Source: Octopus sinensis (taxonomy: Eukaryota). From it: a stretch of DNA of 64,000 bases. Below the pieces are notes generated by a model that worked only from the letters and a program-made list of their open reading frames with translations, was not told where the DNA came from and did not search any database. Where the stretch lies: assembly GCF_006345805.1 (NCBI RefSeq), contig NC_043008.1, forward strand, positions 67,704,001 through 67,768,000. The letters are read 5' to 3'. A program made the position numbers and the translations under genes. This document shows, one piece after another, positions 25,404 through 38,574 of this stretch. Every line of letters starts with the position of its first letter. Positions within the stretch are counted from its first letter, which is position 1.

Positions 25404-26189
25404 ATATGCTCATTGAAAAACAACAGAAAAATTTCAGCCAGTTATTCAGGGCTAGTTTAGTTCCTATCCAATACATACTTCACATTTTATACATATCTGT
25501 CCCTATTCATACAGGTGTTGTTAACATGCCTCCGAAATAACTATGATAATAATAAAAAAAGAAATATAATAATACAAAACAAGGAAGAAGAGAACATCCG
25601 GATGCCTAAAAATCAAGTCCCGTAATTAATTTGTTCAATTTCTCCACTATCGTCCATATCTTTATACTGTAACTTAAAAAAAAAATTGACCATCGGATGA
25701 AATATCTTATGGTGTTTAGCCCTTTTCGTTTTCAGTTCAAATCCCAGCCATCAAGGTCAATTTTCCCTTTCGTAGTTTTTGTGTCAAGAGAGTAATTACT
25801 AATGAGTCACTGGTATTTAAGTGATACATTATCAAGGGGCAAGGTTCTCATTATGACCCCGAAAGAGAAAATAGAGGTAACACTGGTCGAATTATGAAAG
25901 GTGTACTCCCTCGACTGGGACAAGGTATATAAAAGCGTGTTCTGATTTTTAAGACCAACGATCTGACGAGTAGACAGACTGACCGGGTAGCCTTCACACC
26001 TACCCATAGAGTGGCGCCTCAGTACATGGGTGGGGAGGAACGAATAGCGGGTTCGTACTGAGAAAAAGTACTGATATTAACTACTGGCCTGCCTTCATCT
26101 ATTACTGTACAGTGCTGACGAGTGGTGAACGCTGAGGTGAACCTCAACAGCTTGTAGTTGCGTGGAATCTGCATGAACATCTAGCATTA

Positions 26190-26450
26190 GGGCGCATATC
26201 CTAGTGGTTAAGGTGTTGCACTCATGATTGTGAGACCGTGGCTTCAATCCCTAGACCTTTTGGGGTATTGTATTTTGGGGCAAAATACTTCATTTCACGT
26301 TGCTCTGCGATCACTCCGACACCCGACGTGTAGTACACTGTGCCCCTGTTCAAGCAACGTCGATTTGATGGAGAGAGTGAGCTAACAGATTTGATCACTA
26401 TAAACAAATCATTTCTATAGGTCATTCGGCAAAAGCTGAACACTCGTATG
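26190..26450 (+). mobile_element. Family D tRNA-derived SINE with CORE-like segment
   Basis: GGGCGCATATCCTAGTGGTTAAGGTGTTGCAC...GCTTCAATCCC A/B boxes followed by TTTTGGGGCAAAATACTTCATTTCACGTTGCTC. Confidence 0.6.
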
Positions 26451-26504
26451 TTGTCTTCGACGGGAGACTCCGTCATCATCATCACCATTATCATCATCAT
26501 CAAC

Positions 26505-26677
26505 ACCGGGAAAAATGCTTACCGGTATTTCGTCTGTCTTGACGTTCTGAGTTCATTTTTGCCGAAGTCGATTTTGCCTTTCATCCTTTCGGGGTCGATA
26601 AATTAAGTACCAGTGGGGTACCGGGGTCGACTTAACCCTTCCCCCAAATTTCAGGCCTAGTGCCTATTGGAGAAAGG

Positions 26678-26682
<5 letters not shown>
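26505..26682 (+). mobile_element. Family A SINE
   Basis: Core TCATCCTTTCGGGGTCGATAAATTAAGTACC; (ATT)n tail. Confidence 0.8.
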
Positions 26683-26751
<69 letters not shown>

Positions 26752-26752
<1 letters not shown>

Positions 26753-27290
26753 TAGTGAGAGAGCAGTGCAGGCCATCAAAGTGACATTGGGGTAAAATAT
26801 ACGAAGCCCAATATACCCATCATGACTACCTGTCTGATAAGGGTACACTAGGCGCATACATCACAACCACATATGCATGACATAGTGATCTCAAATCAAG
26901 ATAAACAGCGCATGACCTCTCAGGTGGGCCCAGTTAGAATTTTCTTCTGGTCGAGTAGCCCATCCTGCTCAAAATATCCCTGAATAAGGGTTGCTTAAGG
27001 ATGTTGAACGAAAGACCCATGTTTCCAAACGTGAATTATCCAAACACCAAAGAATCCCTCTCAACACATGGCTATGATGCTCCCCTACTACTTCTGCTCG
27101 TGGTCAGAGATGCACATATCGTCAGCCACTAAGGGACATGCTCAACTGGTTAAGGTCAAGCAACTGACAAGCAAATCTGTGGTATTGAGCAGACTATTTA
27201 CTGTAGCCCATCTTTTATACCAAGACAAAACAATGTACATGATAACACTTCCAATCAGTTACGATCAGAAACCATGAGAGCCGCTGCTTG
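26752..27290 (-). mobile_element. About 530-bp interspersed retroposon (octopus repeat) ending in an (AAT)n tail
   Basis: Non-coding sequence abutting (ATT)n at 26681-26751; recalled as a frequent octopus repeat, family unassigned. Confidence 0.55.
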
Positions 27291-27507
27291 AGGCGGCGAG
27301 TTAGTAGAATTGTTTGCACGCCGGGCAATATGCTTAGCGGCATTTCGTCAGTCTTTACGTTCTGAGTTCAAATATCGCCGAGGTCGACTTTGCTTTTCAA
27401 CCTTTTGGGATCGATTAATTAAGTACCAGTGAAACACCGGAGTCGATGTAACCGACTAGTCCTCACTCTACCCAAATTTCAGGGCTTGTACCTTTAGTAG
27501 AAAGGAT

Positions 27508-27510
<3 letters not shown>
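27290..27510 (+). mobile_element. Family A SINE with (AAT)n tail
   Basis: GAGGCGGCGAGTTAGTAGAA head, core and tail. Confidence 0.8.
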
Positions 27511-27600
<90 letters not shown>

Positions 27601-27625
27601 CATTATTTTATCATTATTATTATTT

Positions 27626-27662
<37 letters not shown>

Positions 27663-28799
27663 CACTTCAAATTGAACATATGCCCCCAAACTAGATCTAT
27701 AACAAAAATACGTTTATCATGATTGGATTTAATGAAAGTTTCTTGGGACAACTTTAGTTGAGATAAAGTTTGACTAACATAACTCCTGTTCACCTCACTT
27801 TACCTTGAGGCGAAAAAATTAGGCTTGTCTTTCGACATTTTACATTTATATTTTCAAACATTTCTCTTACTCATAATACACCGCAGTTTTCCGTAGCAGG
27901 AGTATCTGGAAGGATTGTTCACTACAGTGGTAGTAACCCCAATATAAACATATACGCCCCCATTTAAAATAATAGTGAAAAAAATATTTAGCACGAATCA
28001 AAGGAAAGGAAAGAAAAAGGGAAGACCAGAAAAAGAAGGCTACCATCACTAAACAGACACACGGTGAAAAAATAATGACTTTATGATAGGTTACGGTAGT
28101 AATCTTGACTTAAATATTCTCACCGAGAAAAACAAACAATAATAGTAATAACAACACTCACACATACATACAGTTCTTGCCAAACCTATATTTTTTTAAT
28201 ATTAGCAATTTAAGTAGAAAATCTTTTCTTGTTCTTTAGCAATGTCATTTACAGTGGACGAATGTTGTGTATGGTGTATTTGGCTGATCGGAAAGCAATG
28301 CAGCAATGCTACGGAACCAAAACAAGTTACTGTTCCTTAACTTATTTACGCATTGTGAAAGCTACAGAGGCGTGTCTTGTGCCATTCAAAGAATAGCTGG
28401 TGGTAACACTTGTTGAAAGGTGATGTGGTATCTCCTACATCAAGCGAAGATAATCTGGAACTACATGCATAGTTTTAAAACTGAGGATTGGTTGAATCAA
28501 CATACTGAGTTAGTACATCACATGCCGGCTCACAAGATGGTTCCTCGGGATATGGAATGAAGAACTATGGAGGCTTCAGTAAAATAAAAAAACATCAGAG
28601 ACAACGTTGAACTTATGAACGTAACACATTACGGACAGGTCGTCAGCACTGACATGACCTTACAGGTCTTTATAGACATACATGTCCTGAGGATCACGGA
28701 AGACCACAACATTATTCAGAGGTTCTTCCTAGAGGATGTGATGAGAGAAATAGACAGATAGACAGACAGACAGATAGAGAGAGAGAGAGAGAGAGAGAT

Positions 28800-28836
<37 letters not shown>

Positions 28837-28837
28837 A

Positions 28838-28874
<37 letters not shown>

Positions 28875-29484
28875 GACAGACAGAGTATAAGACTTTAAGA
28901 CTTGTGATACGAATCAAAGGGCTCGTTTGTTGCTCATGTGACAGTTAAAAGCAACTTAAGAGTTTCCTGCTCTGAAGAGCTGTAGGAGAGGTTGCCCTGA
29001 AGGGCATTAACAGCAGGTCAGTGTCAGCAGGGAAAGTCGAAAGGGATTGTCAACTCAAGAGTTGACAATGAAAATGAGTGACCCTCTCTGAAGGCCATTA
29101 CCAAGAGCACCCCACCTTCCCTATCGTCTTATGACAATGAACAAGAGCGATGACTGCTGGATACAGCAGGTTTGCTTATATTTTCGATTCTTCTCTTAGC
29201 TGGTAATCACACTCTCCTACCAAATCTTCGTTTCATTGAAGTAAGTTCCCTTCCTCTTCTATGATATCCTTTCCCTCCATGAAGTAAAAATTATTCCCTC
29301 CACTCTCTTCTTTCTTTCTAATGATTCATTGATCTTTCATCTATTTCTTGTTCAACTTCCTCTCCTACGTAACCATATTCTTTGTCCCTCACTGTCCTGA
29401 CGGTCTCTTCCAGCTCCAACTGGGATAATTGTCTTCTCTTGCTTTGATTTTTCTGATCTAGAAGTCTTTGTCATGTGACGGGGA

Positions 29485-29705
29485 ACATGTCCCTTCCTGA
29501 ACGACAAGTTGGCAGAATCGGTAGCACGCCGAGAAACATGCTTAACGGCATTCCGTCCGTCTTTACGTTCTGAGTTCAAATTCCGCTGAGGTCAACTTTG
29601 CCTTTCGGGATGGATAAAATAAGTAACAGTTGAACACTGGGGTTGATGTAATCGACTTACTCTTCCCATGAAACTGCTGGTTCTGTGCCAACATTTGAAA
29701 CCAAT
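29485..29705 (+). mobile_element. Family A SINE
   Basis: GTTGGCAGAATCGGTAGCACGCC...TTCTGAGTTCAAATTCCGCTGAGGTCAAC. Confidence 0.8.
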
Positions 29706-30289
29706 ATTCTATGAATTCTTTTTCTGTATCCTATTTTGCCACTTTCACTCTCGTAGTAATAATCCATAACATTTCTATTGTTACTTTAAGACCATCATCA
29801 CTTAACCCTTACAGTAGTGGTTGAATAGTGAACAAGTCCATCCTACTGTGTAGCTATATACTTGGTATGTGAGAGACAATCACCCGAGGATTCAGTTTCA
29901 TTAACGTGGTTATCTAACATTATGTACATAAAGAGTGCTGTGGTGATAAAGTGACACCACGTCTGCAGCCCTCTACATATGGTGTTTCAGGAGTCCATAT
30001 GTAAAAGGCTGTCAGCCGATGTTAAATAGGCCCTCTTCTTGCATCTGACCAGATGCCGTAGAGTTGGCAACACAATAGGACGGTCAGCTACTGAACAAGA
30101 AATTACCCCATGCATTCCCTGATAGACAGAATTGCTTTTTATTTAGACTTCTTGCAAGACGAAAAGCAAAATTTGTCAAAGGGAAGATCAACTCAGGAGA
30201 ATCAACGGGCATCTTATTAGTATACCTATATTAACATTATTGCTGACGAACAGTATATTTATTTTCTGTATCCCCTCCTAGACTCTTAA

Positions 30290-31460
30290 AAAATGCCTCT
30301 GGTTATTTGAGAATAATCTGTTTTGCTGGAACTGCGATATGCGATCAACGTAGCGTTGCACCTTTACTGTTTTTGCCCGCTCATGTCGTTTTAGGTTTCG
30401 ATAACAATTTTGAACCCTTTCATTTGTATTTGATATTTTGCGTCAAGATATGCACTTGCACCTTTTTTAGCATTTTTCCATTTCCATTTGGACCATTCTT
30501 CTATGCGACTCAGATCTTTACTAAAGTTAGAATATCGCCTTCAATTCTCCACTTCCACCATGGTTTCTTCTGTCCATCTACTTTCCTCTCTTTCTTTCCA
30601 ACCAGTCCACCTAATAAAATTGAAGTGAATCTGATCAAGTCCCTTGTTTCCGTTAGATCGTTTGTGAGGATGTATTTCATAATCTCACCAACTTTTTGGG
30701 TTGAGCGTTTCACATTGTTACGGTCAAAGCTTCTCAAATTCACCGACTTGATCTCTTTCTTGTAACTATTATATCCACGAGTCTTATCCTGGGGTTTCTC
30801 TGTCCTTCAGTCACATCCTCTCATAGTACAAAGTTTTCTACATTTCATATCCTCTCGTAATACAGGGTTTTCTACATTGACCGGCCTCTCCCCTACTACA
30901 GCTTCACCTTGTTTACGCATTCGCTGATCTTCACCTAGATTATTCTCCTCGAGGTTATCAACACTACGGAGGCTTTTCCAGTTTGTCTGAATATGGACCT
31001 CATTAAGAAAGCTTCTATTCTGAATTATTCTTATCTGATTCATGAGCCTATTTTCAGTGATCTGGAACATAACAAGCTGGTTCGAAAGTACTAATGATCT
31101 TTTTCCAACAGCTTTTCATTTGTTATTGTTCTTGTCTGACATTTAATTGCCTTTTTGTTCATATCAACAGACCACTTGCATTTGCGAGCACGTTACATAT
31201 TTTGACCAGTAAAAGAACTACGACTTGGTGGAGTCTGATCTTCCACTCCATTGCCATCTGAGGGGCCCCTGCCAGTCGTGGGAGATCTGGTGTTTTGGAC
31301 ATACAGGGGAATCTTCCCGTTCAGCTGTTTGTTATTCGGGTTTGAAATTGTTGTCATCATTGCAAAGAATGAGAAGGATATTTTGCAGGGTTTGATCCCC
31401 ATATGGTTTTATTTGAAATTTTCTCGTAAAGTCTTACTGCAAATACAACACAAGCTCTAA
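30290..31460 (-). mobile_element. R4/Dong-like non-LTR element, 5' ORF region only
   Basis: Decayed N-terminal motifs NQIRIIQNRSFLNE, KPWWKWRIEGDI and QQNRLFSNNQRHF, typical of the pre-RT region of R4-clade ORFs; homologous to 39900-40100. Confidence 0.65.
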
Positions 31461-31463
31461 CGT

Positions 31464-31501
<38 letters not shown>

Positions 31502-32112
31502 TATCATTACTACGAAGCGAGTTTTTTAACCATACGGCCATGCATGTGCCTATATCGAAAATTTTCTGGTCACATATTACATATCCTATTAGTTGTGTCA
31601 CAAACTCTAAATGTTCGCATCCTGGTTTATATTATAAGGTAGACAGGTAGGCGAATATAAAGATTGGAATGTAGATAAGGAAAGATATAGGTTGGTAAGT
31701 ACATATATAAGAGGGTGCAACAAACGATAAATAGATAAAACAATGTTGGCTGATAGTTCAATAAATAGGTAGGTAAGTGGAACGGTAGCTAAAGGGAAGG
31801 GTGTTTAAACGGATCGATCAATACAAACATACATACATACATACATACATACATACATACATACATACAAAAACTGCACACATACATTAATTCCCTGTTG
31901 ATGCTGAAATTCCAATGAAGGAGCTTTTGTTGTAGATTAGGAACCGGCTCTTTATCTAATGGCAAGAAATTTTGAAATAAAACTGAATTATAACATACAT
32001 ACATACATACACACACACGCACACACATACATACATACATACATACATACATACATACATACATACATGCATGCATGCATGCATGCATGCATACATACAT
32101 ACATACATACAT

Positions 32113-32147
<35 letters not shown>

Positions 32148-32763
32148 TACATACATACATACATACATACATACATACATACATACATACATACATACAT
32201 ACATACATACATACATACATGCATGCAGTTGCAGACATTCCTAGATCAGCAAAACAATTATAATAAAACCTACCACGTCTATCATTTCCTTATTCCAGTC
32301 GTAATTAACAGTGATTTCGATGTAGTCAGTTCATTTTGACTATTTGATACTTAGATATACCGCCTCTGCCTCGTTTAGGTAGAATTAGCATTTATACACT
32401 GTTTCCTAGCCCTCAGTGCAGGTCGTGCTTCAAATAATTTATTTTCTCGCACTACATGAAGTTCGTTGCTAGCTTTCAGTTTACTAATGGGTTCTTGAGG
32501 GTAGCACAGATCATTTAATTTCCTGATTGTTTCAAATGTTCGTGGTTCCATGCTGATACCGACCAGTTACGAATGTAGCAATGAAAAAGACTTTCGTCAA
32601 CAGAAGAATCACGTAATTTGTTTCTTCCTTGTAGCTAAAGCAACATAATAAAACTTGTATGATAAAACATGTCATTTGAATTTGTCATTTTTAACATTCA
32701 CTTCTGAGAATGTTAGGAAAAATACATGTAAAATTAGTGCTAAATTGAATAAACTTACTCCGA

Positions 32764-33195
32764 AAGACGGTGAGCTGTCAGAAACGTTAGCACGCCGGGC
32801 GAAATGCTTTGTGGTATTTCGTCCGCCGCTACGTTCTGAGTTCAAATTCCGCTGAGGTCGACTTTGCCTTTCATCCTTTCAGGGTCGATAAATTAAGTAC
32901 CAGTTACGCACTGGGGTCGATGTAATCGACTTAATCCGTTTGTCTGTCCTTGTTTGTCCCCTCTGTGTTTAGCCCCTTGTGGGCAATAAAGAAATAAGTA
33001 ACTTTTTCACGCCGGGCGAAATGCTTAGAAGTATTTCGTCTGTTTTTAGTTCTGAGTTCAAATTATGCCGAGGTCGACTTCGCTTTTCATCCTTTCGGGG
33101 TCGATAAATTAAGTACCAGTTGCGTACTGGGGTCGATCTAATCGATTGTCCCCTCCCCCATAGTTTCGGGCCTTGTGCCTAGAGTAGAAGAGGAA
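32764..33195 (+). mobile_element. Two tandem family A SINEs
   Basis: Full copy 32764-32998 followed by a head-truncated copy 33008-33195. Confidence 0.9.
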
Positions 33196-33199
33196 TAAA

Positions 33200-33700
33200 C
33201 TTATTCCGAACTCGAATGCTCACGTGCGAATTTGAATGCTCGAAAAGACTCTTCCTCGCAACCCAACTTTTCTGAATACTCCCGACGGGCATTTTAATTT
33301 AAATGACGTAAATTCTTTAACGGAAGTGCAAAATTGAATGATTGAAAAACGAATTTGAATGACTAACTTCATGGTGCTAATTATTTTCGCGACTTTGAAT
33401 GACTCAGTTATCAAATTGAATGACAAACGTACAAAAATTACTGCAAAAGGCTATAATATAATCATGTATAGAGTAAATATAAGATTCCCATACAAGTATT
33501 ATGTCGTACATTTTGAAGTTTTATTAGCAACAAATAAATCACAGGGGTTTGTTAGAAAACAAACTTCGGGGTACTGTATGTCTGCATTTAGATAAAAAAA
33601 AGTTCGTTGCCTGGCAACCCGGTTTCTATGTTATTGTTTCTATGGTAAACACGTTATTCGAGGTATATATTATTTGATAGTTATCGCATTTTCTTTTCCA
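33200..33700. promoter_or_regulatory. Candidate promoter/enhancer: RFX X-boxes with ETS, CRE-like and E-box motifs
   Basis: GTTGCCTGGCAAC 33606-33618; GTTTCTATGGTAAAC 33636-33650; ACGGAAGTG 33320-33328; TGACGTAA 33304-33311; CACGTG 33221-33226; sequence not repeated elsewhere in the window. Confidence 0.35.
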
Positions 33701-33849
33701 GTAGCGGGTTTTATTTCGTAATACGATAGTCATGACAAGAAAACGGATTTGGTTGTAATTTGGCAAGAATGAGAATTACCGTACACATATATATGTGTGT
33801 GTATGTTTGAATGTGTGCTTGTAGGTATATGTATTTATATACACAGACT

Positions 33850-33887
<38 letters not shown>

Positions 33888-34204
33888 AATGTATAATTGT
33901 AGATGTGTGTGTGTATATACATATGTATATATATATGTTTATATGTGTGTGTATGTATATATATATATATATATGTGCGTGTGTGTGTGTGTCTGTTTTA
34001 TATATACATATATATATATACATACATACATACCTGTATGTATATATATATGTTTTTATAAATATATATGCGTGTTTTATATATATACACACACATATAT
34101 ATACACACACATACATATACATATATATATGTAAGTATGTATGTATGTATGCATGTATGTATGTATGTATGTATGTATGTATGTATGATTGTATGTATGT
34201 ATGT

Positions 34205-34700
34205 CAGTATCGGTATTAGTTTCTCATGTACTCTTGAGCACGCTGGGCAGCAAGTAGACGCCATTGATCTCTGTAGGTTGGCATGTGACATCCGGGCGTG
34301 TGATATTCACCTCTCTCATGTCGGTTATGAGTGGTGTGTGCCATGTAGTTTTCGACTTTCTCATCGGCCCACCACTCTCCGGCTGTATCCTTTTGAAAGT
34401 TGTTTTAGAATGGCGTTCCCCTGGTGGGCAAAGTGTATGACTTGCTAGCTTTAATCTTAGTTTTGCGATGCTTTCGCGAGGTGGTCTTGTGTTGGCTCTC
34501 TTTAGAATGCCTTCGTTTGGTTACGTGGTCTTTCCAGAACGTTCTCAGAATCCATCATAAACATGTTTAGTGAAACACATCTACCTTTCTCTCGATTTTC
34601 ACGGCGCTCTTCTATATATGTCACTGGCGTAGAGAAATATTGGTGAACTATAAATGTGGCTGACCATTCTCTGCAGCAATGCCTATGCTATTATGTACGC
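34205..34700 (-). mobile_element. RTE/RTE-X LINE 3' fragment
   Basis: Reverse strand ILRTFWKDHVT, EGILKRANT, KSKTTW, RDQWRLLAAQRAQEYMRN*; (CATA)n tail at 34135-34205. Confidence 0.8.
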
Positions 34701-35070
34701 GGAGCGTGGTTAAATACGTTGTCCGGACTGGGATGTACACCTTGTAACTCCCTCTCCTCCTTCCGTTGCTTAGTTCTTTTTTCTTCCTCTTTGTTTCCTT
34801 GGTTAAGTAATTTTGAGGTACTTATTTCGGTGATTGATTGCTTATTTCACTTATATTTTCCCAAAGCTTTAATTTTTCGGAAATTTTATCTTACTTCATT
34901 ATTTTTCCTTCTTTTAATCAAACTATACTGTTATATTGCCGGGTATTTGTGTAAACCGATGGCGTTGGAGAACCAGAAAGTGCACCTTCTCTACCTTGGT
35001 TGACGTGAGTCTCAATATCGCCATTGTTACTGATGGTGCGAATGCGTGCATGTGTGTGTATGTATGCGTG

Positions 35071-35138
<68 letters not shown>

Positions 35139-35582
35139 CGCAGCATGCCCGAATGGTTAAGTAATTCACTTCGGGGAATCTTGAGCAAGTGCCATTTTCT
35201 ATAGCCCCAGGTCAACTTACATCTTAAGAGTGAAACTGAATCAATCAAAACTGCAAAGAAGGTTGTTGCGTGTACCTGTCATTTCAAAGGTACTCAGTGT
35301 GCCACGCTGGTTCTACAAGAGAGTTACGTGAAAGGTATATATTAATTCAGGAGCGAGTAATTCATACGGATAAGTGTACTCTTAATGTAATATTCCGATA
35401 GATCCAACGTAACGCACAATGTGAGAAGGCTGTAACTCCTGAATTGCAGATACAATCCATCCGGCAGAATTCTATACATTTATACATATATGTGAGATAA
35501 TCAGCATCTTTAATTCAAACAAGCCTCACGGCGATTACAAGGACCTGCTGCTACTGCTGCTGCTGCTGATGATGATGATGAT

Positions 35583-35761
35583 GGGGAGGAGGAGGAGGAG
35601 GAGGAGGAGGAAGAAGAAGAAGAGGAGGAAGAGGAAGAAGAGGAGGAAGAGGAGGAAGAGGGGGAAGGGGAGGAAGAGGAGGCAGAGGAGGAAGAGGAGG
35701 AAGAGGAGGAAGAGGAGGAAGAGGAGGAAGAGGAGGAAGAGGAGGAAGAGGAGGAAGAAGA
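35583..35761. repeat. Homopurine (GAGGAAGAG)n-type tract
   Basis: About 179 bp of purines with a single C at 35683. Confidence 0.9.
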
Positions 35762-36162
35762 TGATGATGATGGAAGGGTGTATTTATACATATTACATTT
35801 ATTCTGTTATATTGTAGTATTGAATGGTTATTGCTCAAAGAAGACATATGAAAAATCCAATGAAGAAACAAAAATTGATATCAGCGTGGAATGGTTTGAG
35901 TAGCAGAAGGCTTTTCAAAAAGTTCCGCACAATTAACTCCTGAAACATCAACCATGAATTAGAACGAGAAAAGTATACGACATATACCAGTACTTTCCAG
36001 ACGATGTATGAACTGAGAAGGCGATGGGGTTACAATTCCAACAGTATAAAAAGGACAGAGAACAATAGTACAGTAGCACACTAATGACAGAATATATGTA
36101 CAGCAGCACAAAACGAACAGAATAGTTATACAAATTTCCGATAGATATTAAGAGACGTTATA

Positions 36163-37450
36163 CGAGGGTCGGCTAAAACGTTCATAAGCTGACCGAGATA
36201 TTCTCATAGAATGTGACCAAATGAAGTTTATATTTCAATATAGTCACCCTTGCAATCATCATACTTCTTCCATCGGTGTTGCGATGCTTGTATCCCATTG
36301 GAGAAAAAGCTTTCATACTTTTGGTCAAAAGATTCATCAACATCAGATATGACGTCATCATCATTGCGTAACTGGTTCCCAGCCAAGTGATTTTTTCATG
36401 TTGGGTTACAGATGATAGTCAGATGGGCCAAGTCAGGATATTAGGGAGAGTAATCAACCAGTTCAAAGCCACAATCACGTACAGCAGCCATTGAAACGGA
36501 GGACTTGTATGTGGGAACATTGTCCTGATAAAACAAGACTCCTTTCGCCAGTTTTCCTGAGCGTTTGGTTATGATAGCCTTTCATAACTTTCCCAGAAAG
36601 TTGGAATAGTACTCCCCATTGATGGTGTGGCCCTTTTGACCATAGTCAATAAACACAATACCTTTTTCAACCAAAAACCTGAAGCCATCAACTTCTCTGG
36701 AGATGAAACGACCTTGGTCTTCTTTGGAGCGAGCGAGGAGGGCATTTCCACTGCATGGATTGTCTCTTTGTCTCTGGCTCAAAATGATGAACCCAACATT
36801 CATTCTGGCTAAGGTAACGTTTAAGGAAATCAACTGGATCTGCCTCAAACAATTTCAAATTTCCCCATGATGTGATCAGCCTGGTGCACTTTGATCGAAT
36901 GCCAGAAGACATGGCACACACTAAGCAGAATTCTTCATAATGCCAAGTTCATTGTGCAGAATATTTTCAACTCTCACTCGGGATATACTAAAAAGCATTG
37001 CTTATTTGATTTATAGTCAATCGCCTGTCATCTGTCACGTGGTGAGCACGATCAATATTTTCTTTAGCATTTACAGAACGTCCAGACCTTGGATCATCTT
37101 CAAGGCTCTCTCTTCCCTCCTAAAGCCAGCTGATCGCTTTTGCACTGTTGATAAAGCTGAAGCGTCATCCCCTAATGTAGCAATGATGTCAGCATGAATG
37201 TCTTTGGAGGGGATAAACCCTTTTTTTTGCAGGTACTTGAAAACACCACGGTGCCAAATTGTGTCCGTTTTCAAGAGAAGTCATTACTAGTTACATTTGA
37301 AGCCTTCTTTGAACAGTTAGATGTCAATTTATCTGAAAAAAAAAACAATGCAGTTATTAATAAGAAGACTTGAAATTAATGCATTCAAGATTTCCCAGCT
37401 GTAGCATCATTCATTCATAGTAAGCATTTCGACTTTTCAGCCCACCCTCG
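36163..37450 (-). mobile_element. Full-length (1288 bp) mariner transposon, inactive
   Basis: TIR CGAGGGTCGGCTAAAACGTT / reverse CGAGGGTGGGCTGAAAAGTC; TA TSD at 36161-36162 and 37451-37452. Confidence 0.9.
36228..37274 (-). pseudogene. Mariner transposase pseudogene
   Basis: GVFKYLQKKG HTH, ECWVHHFEPETKRQSMQW, GIVFIDYGQKGHTINGEYY, KGDYIEI*; several frameshifts. Confidence 0.9.
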
Positions 37451-37820
37451 TAATTTAACGAACTTCATAAACTAGATTCGCACTTGTCCACTGGAATCCA
37501 AGAGCTTCTCGCGGAATATTCCGGTATCTCAAGCTAGAAAGTAGGAATTAGAGAGGTTGCCTAAGCAGGAATGTACCATGCCCTGATCAAAAGAGGTGGC
37601 GGCTTCCCACCTAGATGTAGGTGGTTGTGCTTCTCTTTTGTTTTTTGTATTTAAGACTTTATCTTGTAATTAGTATATTATACTCATTTATATTGTGTAA
37701 TTATTTGTGTTTGCATAAATTTAAAAATTATCCCCTCTTCAATTGCACACGGTCTTTCACCCCCTGCTTTGTATGAGTTCTCATAGATATTTGTAAGTCT
37801 CCTGTTTAACATATAATGTA

Positions 37821-38384
37821 CGAAGTATGATCAATAAGTATCCGGACTGTTGTCATAGTAACGAAGGTAAAGCATGCAGAGTAAAGCCGCTTGGAAAAAA
37901 TTTACTTTGAACTTTGCTGTGCATATGCACTAAGTTTTAGCGTTCTAGCTCACTTATGCTGTTTACAGCAGTGCTTGGAAGGAAGGTATGTAGTGTGTAA
38001 TCGTCGCATTGACTATGACAGAGAAAGTTGTCATAGCGATACCTGTTCAGAGGCCGACGCAAAGTTGCAGAAAGTGTATGGAGAGGAGTGTATGAGCCGC
38101 ACACAAGTGTACGAGTGATTCAGACGTTTCCAAGATGGCCGAAAAAATATCGATATTGACGAACGTTCTGGAAGACCCGCAAACAGAAGAACTGAGAAAA
38201 ACATCGCAGATGTGCGTACAGCTGTGAGGGAAAATCGTCGAATCACCATCTGTGAGTTATCAGAGGTTGTGCAGATTATTTACGATTCTTTTCAGTCCAT
38301 TATCATTGTGCCCAGCAGCTTTACTCTCGGTGCTTTAGCTTCGTTATTATAGCAACAGTTCGGATACTTATTGATCAGACCACG
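37821..38384 (+). mobile_element. Internally deleted mariner (564 bp) keeping both TIRs and only the N-terminal HTH region
   Basis: About 65-bp imperfect TIR (GATCAATAAGTATCCG.ACTGTTG...AGAGTAAAGC); TA TSD at 37819-37820 and 38385-38386; LQKVYGEECMSRTQVYE*FRRFQDGR...DERSGRP. Confidence 0.9.
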
Positions 38385-38501
38385 TATTTTCTTCAAGCAG
38401 CAGAGACGCTTTTCATATTGATAAAAAGATACTATGTATTATATCTTATGAGTATTTACACTATGAAGAAACGAGTTTTCCTCTTGTTGTTGTTGTTGTT
38501 G

Positions 38502-38571
<70 letters not shown>

Positions 38572-38574
38572 CAT

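Noticed and set aside
25880-26180. TATA box plus two CTGACGA motifs, possible LTR or ribozyme module
   Set aside because: No GAAA after either motif and no second LTR or TSD; left unclassified.
35569-35817. Protamine-like Arg/Lys-rich ORF
   Set aside because: It is a reading of the GAG/GAA purine tract; every frame gives a low-complexity peptide.
35860-35960. SVEWFE*QKAFQKVPH resembling an R4 RT motif
   Set aside because: Too short and decayed to delimit as an element.
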